64,000 bases of DNA from Bispira polyomma (Eukaryota). Positions 11,201 through 23,200 of the stretch are shown here, piece after piece (position 1 is the stretch's first letter; every line of letters begins with the position of its first letter). The stretch spans positions 4,526,001 to 4,590,000 of the forward strand of contig OZ287761.1 in assembly GCA_965649765.1 (NCBI GenBank). The letters run 5' to 3'. Below the pieces are notes generated by a model. It was not told the origin of the DNA, searched no databases, and saw nothing but the letters and a program-made list of their open reading frames with translations. Position numbers and translations under genes: made by a program.

Positions 11201-14200
11201 CACGCACGGGGGACAGTTAAACATAGTAACAAGAGTTGTCTTTTAAAAAAAGACACATGCGCGCAGTGTGAAATACATTTACGTTGATATGGCCACTATA
11301 CACTCAGGCAAATCTGACATCACTTAGTTTGAATGGGTCGATTGCTTCCAACCAATCCATAAAGGCCTTGCATATTATAGGCCTTTTCAAAGATGGCATT
11401 TCAAAATTAAAACAATATCAGGGTGCACCTGATAAAATGTTAATTGAATTTGAATTTATATTAAATGTACAAATGTCACAGCAATCAAACCAGGACATAT
11501 GCCACAATTAAGCACACGTCTAACGATGCCACATGCTGTATTTATATTGCACTGTTTTGACGACCACATTAGTGAATGAATAGATCACAACATGGAGATA
11601 CACAGTGCATCTTTCTGGATATAATCACAATCTGGTGTGCAACTTAGAACTAGAATTTGATTTACCGAAATCATCTTCGGAAGCGCCCGATCTCGCATTA
11701 TCACCCACCCCCCCAAAATGTCCCAAAACACCCAATTTTACACACAAAAAGACGTACCAGAAGTGATATATATATTATTTACCTAATAAAAACTACTTTC
11801 CTTTGTTTAATACATCCATATTATATTTTTTTAGTCCAGTGTTTATAAAGTAAACAAACCACATAGTTTTTGGGGTATTCATTTTTGGTATGATGCTGTT
11901 TGCTGGCGTCCTACATCAAAACAGTCTATGCTCACGTAAACGCCCACCCCCAGGTTCACTCCAATTTCTATGTACCGCCCAGTGGGCGCTTCTGCGGATG
12001 ACTTCGATATATTAAATGTACAAATGTCACAGCAATCAAACCAGGACATGTGCCACAAGTAGGCACAAGTCTAACGATGCCACATGCTGTTTTTATATTG
12101 CACTGTTTTGATGACCACATTAGTGAATAAATATAGATCACAACATGGAGATACACAGTGCATGTTTTTGGCTGAATCTGTGGATTTTACTAAATACAGG
12201 GATGGGAACCCAACGCATACTACATTAATAGTATAGCAATTAAATAGTTGAATTTGAATTAAGTTAAATTTTACATCACTTTTACTTTCAGCTTTGGTCA
12301 TTCCTTAACAACCAGATTTAATAGTGGAAGAAAAAAAAATTTTAAAAAATAGAGTACTCAAGCACTGTAAACCACAGACCAACAGCAAGTACCTGACAAA
12401 ATTTCTCACATGATCTGAAGGAACGAACGGGATGCTTTTCACCACTGGTAATATTTTGATTATTTTAGATTTCTTAAATGCACGACAGTAGTGGTAACAC
12501 AAGAAGTTCTACTGTACTGAGAGAAAGTATGGTTCAAGACGTACCTGTTTTGTGAGTGACATTGTGAGGACTGGTATGAGGTACTGTAATGCTCCTTTTG
12601 CGTAGAACCTGCTGGTTCGTTCTGGAGGTCTGCCGCCCTCTTGCGCCTGGATACACAAACAAAACAAAACCACATATAGTTCTCCACAGACTGACATACA
12701 CATAGTTTTTTTTTTGTTATTTGGGATATTTTAACGTCCACTCTAGTACCTGTTCAGGTTATATTGGGATGGGTAGTTAAAAACGCTGGAGGAAACACTG
12801 CATACAGTTGATCAAGGTTCTGCACTGAAACCAGCAGCCCACAGTAAGGAACTACCACCTTTCCCACATAGGCATCGACGGGATTCGAACTTACGCCGCC
12901 CAGAGGTGAGAGACCAGTGATTGTGAAGCGCAATGCTTGCTAACCACTAGGCCACCGCGGCCCCTATACATGTAGTAAGAGAACAGCTAAAACCTTGGCA
13001 GCGCGCAGTTTGTACCTGTAAATTGTCTGTTTAGTAAGGGGTTTGTGTCGCTTTCTGCAGCTTATGAAAGTGATATCACAATAGCCAGATTCAATGGTGT
13101 ATGAAACCAGTGCTTAAGTACTTTAAACCACCTACCCTACGGCAAGTACCCGACAAACTTCCCCACATGAAGACAGGAACACCCCTCTTTATCTGAGATG
13201 ACATGGTGGAATATGGTAAAATAACCCACCATAAGATAATGGTGTTGTCAAATAAAGTACACACTCACAGAATAAACGTTCAAGACTTATTTATACAAGA
13301 ATAGTCTCGACACAGTTTTGGTGGAGGAAACCAGTACTATTTCTATAGAAGACAAGTATCCAGCAAACTTTCTCACTTGAAGAAAGCACAGGTGAGAGGC
13401 TAGTAATATTAAAACAGACGCTTTACGCTCAGACCTTACGTCAGCTCTGACGATATAAGTACAAATGTGACAGCGATCAAACCAGGACATGTGCCACATA
13501 TAAGCACAAGTCTAACGATGCAACATGCTGTTTTTATATTGCACTGTTTTGACGACCACATTAGTAAATATAAATAGATCACAACATGGAGATACACAGT
13601 GCAGGTTTCTGGCATTGACAAGTTCTTTACTCTTTTCATTTTAGTACAAGATTTAAACCAAAACTCAACTATAACTTCCATGTTTATTTTCTTCATAAAG
13701 AGTATGAGATTAGTGGGTAAATTGTTTATCCTTATCACCGATATTTGTCGTTTGGGCTTTTGCGTGCCGATATCGATGTGTAATACAAACACATCGATAT
13801 TATATAGGATACACATTACACCTTGAGACAACATCTATACAACCATTTGAATTATATTTTATGATTGATACCTTTTAAATTATGAATGATAACTATTTTA
13901 AGTCTATTACCGGTAAACATATTTAGCGGTTCTCACTTTCAGTTTCATTGGGAAAGGTTTTTTGTTTTGGAAATACGTTCCAGTTTCTTCACAACTTTCT
14001 TTCTATGTCCCAATATCGACCAATATTGAAGTTATTTTACTTTCGATATCGATCTCCGCCAGCCCAAACGATTTACCCACTATATGAGATAGATAGTGCA
14101 GGTTTGTTTTACAGGGCCATATTCACGGAGTTTTTTAATGGCTTCAACAAATCAGATTGTTCTATACAATTTAGTCAGCCAATCAAATAACAACTTTCAA

Positions 14201-17200
14201 CCAATCAGGTCGCCATAAAATTTGGGTCAGCTTATCAAATGACAACTTTCAACCAATCTGGTCGCCATACAATTTGGGTCAGCCATTTAAATGACAACTT
14301 TCAACTAATCCATCCGCTCCATCCAATTTGGTCAGCCAATCAAAATGACAACTTTCAACAAATCAAATGACACACTCAAGAAATATACCCACGTTACAAG
14401 ATGTCCCTGGACACTCACCTCTGAAGCTTCGATGGCCAAGTCCACTTCTTCATCACAGACAGACGACCAGAACTCTATGCCTTGTAGAGCCACCTCATCT
14501 ATATCAGACTTCATACTCTCCATGGTGATCTAAAGAGACACACGTGTTCAAAGTATATCCCCCTTTGCAGAAAGCTGTGTAACCTTGATGATTTTATTTG
14601 TTTCATATATCTACCATAAATACAACTAGGTTAACAGAGTTGTCATATTTCATTGATTTACAGTCTGAAAAAGAAGAAAAGCTTCACCGAATATAAATAA
14701 TTTAAATGTGTCATCAGTTTGAAATAATTGATGTTTTCGAAGAAATTACTTTTGTTTTGAAAATCACAGATATTATATGACAACCAAATATTCAGTAGAG
14801 ACACACATAGACAGCATACAAGATATCACAGAGACAGTATAAAACCTTGAATAAATTGAATGCCATGAGAGACCCAAGATTTTATTTAGACAATGGGAGG
14901 GTGTTTAAAATACACGGAAGCATTTTAGTTTGAAAAAAAAACACAATGGCCTCTGTAGAAATATAGTAGAACCTCTGTTCTCCAAACACTTTGGGAGAGC
15001 ACGAATTTAATCGGAACATAATAGAATGGTTCATAAAATAGAAAGCGAATTATGGCATGAAACAAATGGGAACAAATATCAAATTTGGGGTGAAAAGGGT
15101 GGAAAATTAGTTAATTTGATTGAATAATCAGAATATAACAGAAAGTTTGATATATATTTTGAAAAGGACAGCAACAACTTACTGCAAAGAGTGCGGGCCC
15201 CATATAATGCTCCATGTACATGTAGTAGAGGGTCATGATCTTCACCAGACACTGTAAGGCTGCCACACGCACCTGTGTGTCTGTGGACTGGGTGGCTTCA
15301 CACACCACTTGCATGATAAAGTGACGCTCCGACTGGAAAATACATATTGAGAGTGTTGCAATCAGTATGCAAAAGAATAGTCCCAATAGCAGAGAAGGTT
15401 CGTGATCAGGAGACGAATCTTTAGGCGGAAAAACTAGTAGGGACGAAGACTAGTGGGTAGACTATTCTAATCACGCGGATTAACATGTATACACTTGGGA
15501 TATTGGCTTATATAATTACAACATTATTTTATCAGCAATTCCTAGTTTCTAGAAAAAAAGAATAAGAGGGGTCCCTTACAGTGAAAATCTTTGTAACTAT
15601 ACTTCCATCAGGATAAAGGGAAAATTAGTAAAGTTACAAAAAATAAGTAACAAGGCTCTCTATTGGAAAATTTTGAGTGAAAATATCAAAGATCCAACAG
15701 CAGTTAATGTATGGATAGATATTTTTCCTTTTATGGAAACAGCACAATGGAAATCCATATTTTTATCAATACAGCATACAGGCATAGTCATATTTGCAAT
15801 CATTTCAGTACAAAATAGTAAATAGAATATTAAATTGCAACTACACTCTTTATAAATGGAAAATTACAGATACATTGGAATATCACTTATACCTTTGTGT
15901 CTATAGCAAAATCTTCTGGGAACATTTTAAAAATTGGATTTTGAGTTTCTTAACGTTCAGTTACAAGGTTAGATTTACAATTTGTGAAATAATGTTTGGG
16001 ATAGGTGCAAAAGAATTTACAAGATTACCTGCAACTGAAAGGGCAGCCAATATTCTTATATTACTTGGTAAATGGTAAGCAAGCATCAATTTTCTCTTTA
16101 TACTAATATATATATGAACTCTGTTACTGAGATAGATAAAGGAACTGAAGGTGTTTTTTTGAATATATTGTACACTGTTAACAGAAATTTTTAATTACTT
16201 TTTGTTATTAGTAGGAGAAAAGGTATTATTATTAAGGTATAAAATATAGCACAGAGATAAGCTACGATTAGTCTTTGTTATCAGTGATTGTGTTTGTAGA
16301 TTTCAGTATAACTCGTCATTGTTTTCATTATTGTCCTCGTCTTTTTGTTTTTGTATTGTAACCATGTGACCCAATAAAAATATTAAACCAGACCACAAAC
16401 CCCAACCACTTCTGAGATCTACTTGTCGACACATATCAGACGATCCTCAAACTAAAGCATACGATCATGTCATACTGACGTCATACGTCAGTATAACATA
16501 TCACCTGCAAAAATTTTAAAAAAATATACACACTCAGTTTTTAACACACTACTTGCATGATAAAGTGACGCTCTGGCTGGAAATACAGTACAATTTGTAC
16601 ATAAAGACCACCCAAGGGAAACCCTAAAAGTTGCATTTATACAGAGGTGGTCTTAATATCGAGGTTGAATATTATTTTAACAATGATTCTTGGGAAATGA
16701 ATGTGTGGTCTTTATACAGAGGTGGTCTCTCAAGCAGGATTGACTGAATATCTTGGGTTTTACATCACTTTTAACAACTGGTCATCTCACAACGGCCAGA
16801 AACATGAGAAACTTTCCCACATGAAGGAACGAACAAGATTCAAACCCACATTGGTGAGATGCCAGTGATTGTAAAGTAGGCGCTTCTAACTACTAGGCCA
16901 CCCGCGGCCCCTGTATTTTCTATGTACAAACATCGAGTTTGAGCTGGAGTCGAGTCTTTAGAGAATATAAGCATCTTCATCTTCATACTCTTCCATTCAC
17001 ATTGAACAGTAAAGTTCACATAATCCTAAATTGGCTTACAAAAACAAGTCGTATTTATCATAAAAACACTTACCTCTATATCAAAATTTGCTCTTGTAAA
17101 TTCTAAGGAGTTCAACATGGCATTTGTTGCGGCTAGACGTACGTGATTACTGAAATAGACGAGAAAGTAGTGTAAGAGACGGTAGACCGGATACCTACTT

Positions 17201-20200
17201 ACCGACCGTATGCGGCTGAACCGGTTCCATTTGATTGTACATCAGTAAAAACCGGTTTTACCTTATATATATACTAATCACATTAAAATAAAACGTAACC
17301 ATGTACTTTTTTTACATCTGTTCCTATAATTCAGCACAATTTGCAACATTAACTCACCTTTTTTATCTATCGCAAAACAGGAAATGAGTATACAAATACA
17401 GTACTTGTATGGAAAACACAAAGCTCTCCCTATATTTATCCTATTTGTGACGCAACAATTATACTGCAATCTGACGTGATTTAATTCTCAATTCGTAATT
17501 ACTACCTCACTCTGACGTCCAATAACTGAAATTTAAATATACTGGTTTAATGTTTTAGTTTAAAATGGCTGAAAATAAAAAAATTGTAGACAATCTAAGT
17601 GCTAGAAGCAATGCTTCACAGGTTTGGAAAAATTTTGGCTTTTACTTAGGTGTAGACAACAAGCCTGACAAAACCAAAGCTATTTGCAAGCTTTGCTTTG
17701 CTGAAAAACCTTATGTTGGAGGATCAACTTCTAATTTGAGAACACATTTAAATACCTACCATAGTAGTGAGATAAAAGTGCCTGAGAAAAAAAATGAACT
17801 ATCTACTATTACTCAGCATTTTGCAAAACTTGCTACTAAGTCTATGTCGAAGGATAGTAGAGAATACAAAACCGTTACCAGGAAGATAACACACTGGATG
17901 ATTACAGATCTAATGCCCCTATCTACAGTAGAGAAACCTGCATTTAGATCAATGATAGAGTCTCTTAACCCAAGATACACAGTTCCCTGTAAGGATACAA
18001 TCACTAACTGTATCATACCACAAATCTACAATGAGGTTAAAACCAAAGTGGGGGAAGAAGTAACCAACTACAACAGTTTTGCATGTACTACTGATGGGTG
18101 GACCTCAGCTGCCACAGAAAGCTATGTTACAGGTATGTGTAAATGGTGAATTTCACACCAAATTTCAAATTAAAATTTACTTTAATTATCTCTCACAAAC
18201 AAAACTTGAGCTTATCCTAATATCCTTCAAGTTGAAACACTAACTTATATTATTTCAGTTACCCAGCATTACATTGATGTCAACTGGTCTGTGAAGAGTG
18301 TTGTGCTTCAAACCCGCCAGCTTTCGGATTTTCACACAGCTGAGACCCTTGCAAATGTCCTTAAAAACTGTTTCATTGAGTGGGGTATTAATGATGCCAA
18401 TATTATTGGGGTAACTGATAATGCTAGGAATATATTGAATGCATGGAACGACCATTTAGATAGGACAAATATTCCCTGTGTTGCTCACACATTGAATCTT
18501 GCTGTAAGTAGAGTTCTTAAGATCGGCAGTGTTGCCAACATTCTTGGCCATGTTCGAAACTTGGTGTCACAATTTCATTATTCGACAAGCTTAGCAGCTA
18601 AACTAAAGGCAAAACAAAGCCTTTTGAAAATGGCTCAAAACAAGCTCATGAATGATTGTCCTACAAGATGGAATTCCAGCTTTGATATGTTGACTAGAGT
18701 TTTAGAACAACAGCTGGCTATTTGTGCCGTTCTAGTTGAAACCCCAAATAAGTTGAACCTCAGTTTAGAAACAAAACAAGTTAAAACAATGGAGGAGCTC
18801 TGTTGTTTGTTAAAACCAATCAAAGACCTCACTGTTAAGCTTAGTGGCCAAACCTATTGTACTAGTTCCATTGTACTTCCTTCAATCCAGAAGCTCCTAA
18901 ATGTCCACCTTGCTCAGGATGAAAATGACTCAAAATGTATGAGAGACTCAAAACTGGCCTTACATAGTGACCTGAACAAGAGGTATACCGATCCAAATAT
19001 TAGAAAACATTTGCTTGCATCCTCCTTTTTAGATCCAAGGTTCAGGTAGTTGTCATTTGCCTCTGTCCAAGAATATGAGGAGACAAAAAAATTTGTACAA
19101 GCTGAGGTTGTTCAATGTGAGAAAAAGTCAAAAATGATAGGGACCCAGATTGCCCAACCCATACCCCCATTACAGGTAAAACAAGAGTCAAGTTTGGCTG
19201 CATCTCAATCTACTGAGACCCCTGACCAACCAATTTTGTCAGAATTGTCTGAAGATTCCATAAATGTTGTGTCTGTTAAAAGGGAATTGGTTGACCCTGA
19301 TATACCAACTGAACATGAGATAAAAAGGCTCAAAATTGGCGAGTGCTTTGATCTTGTTGTGGAGTACAAATGGGGGTAGACAACTCCCCAAAAGAGAGGG
19401 CTCAGAGTGAAATAGACAGATATTTATCTGAACCATTGGATATTCAGTTAGTGAAAGACAAAAATTTTTCTGTACTACAATGGTGGGGTACTCATGACCC
19501 TTCTTATCCCATGTTGGCAAGAGTAGCTAGAGAATTGCTCTGTATTCCTGCAACTTCAACACCCTCAGAGAGGGTGTTCAGTCTAGCAGGTAACATTGTT
19601 ACAAAAAAACGAAGTTTGCTGTTGCCTGAAAATGTGGACAAGCTCATCTTCTTAAACACGAATAAAGAATATCTGGACTAAAATGACTTTCATGATAATT
19701 AATGAACATTCCACAAAGTGGTTATTTAAGGCTATAATGGAAAATCTTTGTTTGAAAAGTGACAACTTCTTTGTCTAAATTTCTAAGTTTGTTCAGAATA
19801 TTAATTCATATAATGTGTCAAAGTGCTGAATAAAATATGTTGTCTTGAATTTGTGTGTTGTCCCCTGTGTCCTAATATGCTCTCTACCTACCCAAAACAT
19901 TTCCTATTAAAAACTGGATTACCTTACCTGAACTATAAAAATGTTACTTCCATACCTTAACACAAGAACCAAGAGGAGAGATTTATTGTTTTCCATAAGT
20001 ACCTGAAATCAACTTTATAAGTAAACTTACCTGATGGATTTAACACAACAAAAGCAAGTTTTCTGGACAAAATGTGAATGAGGTAAGTAAATAATATGTA
20101 ATCTTTGTTGTATTTAGCACTTTAATGAAATGTGATGATTATTATTACAAAACGTATACGTTTTTGGACTTTATTACGAAACGTGTACTTTTTTCGGTGA

Positions 20201-23200
20201 AACCGGTTTTTCGTTCGAAAAGTTAATTCGGCAACCGGTTTTGAAAATTCACACCAACCACTACTCACACCAACCACTACACTACGAGAAAGTACCGTAA
20301 TTATAACTTCAGTAGTGAATTTCCTTTATAAACCGAAGTCATATCTATATTTAGAGGCGAGAAATTGCTTTTTATTGACTTTGGACAAAAGGGTTTGTGC
20401 CTACACTTTTTGTTGTCGGCTAATGTCATCCACAACATTGTAAAAAAGAAGATCCCAGCAGTCCATCCATCTTACCTGGGCTCCTCCTTTTTCATTCCAT
20501 GTACTATAGCTGTGAGGATGTCATTGGACTGAGGCTGCAGGACTTCTGGCTCCTACAAACAACATACAAATGCAAATTTGAGGGTACACTAAAAGGTTAT
20601 TTTATCTTATTATCTCAACTTCTGTTATCCGAATATTTGATTTTATAAACTAATTTTCACAAATTCAAGTTTGCCTATTGCAGGAATACCTCCTCTATTT
20701 TATGAACCTTTCATTATCCAAACAAACTCTTGCTCTTCAAATATTTATGAATTTGAATTTGGATAGTTAACGTCCACTCTGGTACCTTTTAGTAGGTTAT
20801 ATTGGGAGGGGTAGTTGGAAACGCTGTTAGAAACACTGCATACAGTTGGTCAAGGGTCTGCACTGAAACCAGTGGTCCACAGTAAGGAACTACCACCTTT
20901 CCCACATAGGCATCGACGGGATTCAAACTCATGCCGCCCAGAGGCGAAAGACCAGTGATTGTGAAGCACAATGCTTGCTAACCACTAGGCCACCGCGGCC
21001 CCTGCTCTTCAAACATGTTTGGATAATAGAGGTTATAGTGTACTTACAACATCGGGAGATTCCTTACATTATCCCGAAATCTCTAACTTTATTTTACTAT
21101 TAACTGCAATAGTTACAATATCCTGACAGATATAACTTATTTTACCACTATTTGTAACTATTTTTTATCAATACTTACAATATCCTGACAGATATAGCCT
21201 ATGGCCTCCAGTGAAGACTCCCTCATCATTTCAGTACTGGCCGGGTTGGTCACATTCTGAGTCAATGACACTATCAGCTCGGGCCAGAAGCCACCGGGCA
21301 ACTCTGCACAAGCCATATAAGCCACACACTGCGCTGCAGAGCTGGGACGTACAGTCTCTGTGCCCAAGGTCTCGAGTACCTGGAAATATCAAACAAAGAA
21401 AACTTAACCTAGATTAAAATTTATACACAGCCATACGGTAATTCTGCACATCAATATAAGTCACACACTAGGTGTATGACACGGCCCCCCCTCGATTACT
21501 CGATAACAGCCTCCGTTTCTTTGGAAACTGACGTTTGGGAACTCGAAAACATGTACATTTTACAGTTAAAATCTATTACATTATCGCCTATTATCCTAAT
21601 TCACTTTATGCAACACAATAATCTTGTTTTAATTGTTGCAGCTAATAATGTACATTTTCCTCCCAATTACCAATATTCCCCCATTCACATAGTTGCTATT
21701 TTTTTTCCCAAAGATTTTGCTTACATCAGCCGCCATATTGCTAGACTGGTTTCTGGGATTGGTTCATATTAATGCATGGCTATATAGATATAAGACGGTT
21801 AAGACATTTCCGATAACTTGGGCCGTATTTTGGGGGGCCTCATCCACCCCTAGTTTGTAAATTGTTCAAAGGGTATTAATTCTATTTGCTGTATTGCTCG
21901 TTGTTGTTGAGCGCATACATGACAAAGCTTCACTTACATTTTTCTTGATATAAATCCGCACATCCTCGGGAAAGGTCAGCCACCTCTGTCGATACTGTAA
22001 CTGCAGGGTATTTTCTTTTGAATAGAGTGCATTTTTCAACTGGATACCTGTCAAAGACGAGAAGATCCAATTTATGACATGATGCTGACTACACAATCTA
22101 CAGTGGAACCTCTATTATCCAAACTTTGTATTGTATCCCAATATTCTACTTTTATGAACTCAAATTTACTCTGCCAAATTTATAGTTTTCTATTACATTT
22201 TTCGATCTATTTTATGAACATCGTATTATCTAAACAGATGTTCATGCTCCGAACATAATTGCATTTGAATTTAGCCGGGTTTTACAATCACTTTCAACAG
22301 CTTGGGTCATATCACGAAGGCCAGATTTTAGGCTGGAATAAACGAGACCTGAAGCACTGTAAACCACCAACCTAACAAACTTTCCCACATGAAGGAACAA
22401 ACAGGATTCAAGCCCACTTTGGTGAGAAACCAGTGATTATTAATAAGCGCTTTTAACCACTAGCCCACTGCGGCCCCTGGTAATACATTGAACACAACCT
22501 CATATCGCTATCGCCACCCTCTTTCAACCTTTTTGAGAAAGGCATATGAAACAGATTATAACAAATAGTGTGCAAGCGCTGTATGTTAGTAGATTTAATA
22601 AATTTACAAAATAATTGGGACACGGTTCCTGTACATACCAGCCTGCATTCGGGCCACAGGACTATTCCCTCCATGTTTTAGGACGTCAGACAACTGCTTC
22701 AATAATTCTGGCTACAATGGATAAAACAACAAGAAAAAAACAGTCAGCCTTTGAAAAAAAAAGCAACATATGTGCCTGTGTATATGAACGTTAACACAGA
22801 ATTCCTCTGCACATCTTACCAAGTTTTGCTTTGCAGCTTCATCCAGATAATTCTGTGCTGCTTCGAGTTCGTTTTTGTCTGAAAAACAAAAAAGATTATC
22901 TCTTCAGATAAACATCACAGAAGTAAGATTCTGATAAATAGAAATTATAGAACCTGAATAATTATCCTACAAAACAAATGTACAGGTGGTTTTTTTTTTT
23001 TCAGTTTTATATGAAAATGTCATGGAAGTATCCCTATATTACATTGTGTATTCCTACCAAAAATAGTCTTTATAAAATATAATATGGTATAGAAATTAGT
23101 ATGGTACATAATAAATGAGGAATGATAATATAGGGGGGGCAGATGAAGAATAGAATCAGTTAGAATCATTCATCGACAAACTTTAACTGACGAATTTTTT

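Noticed and set aside
471-13834. Family of short paralogous ORFs (MWSSKQC...CGIVR)
   Set aside because: These are incidental translations of the snoRNA copies; frames differ between copies and conservation follows RNA structure.
17565-19681. Domesticated ZBED gene
   Set aside because: It retains TIRs and a TSD and has a stop plus a frameshift, so it is a transposon copy.
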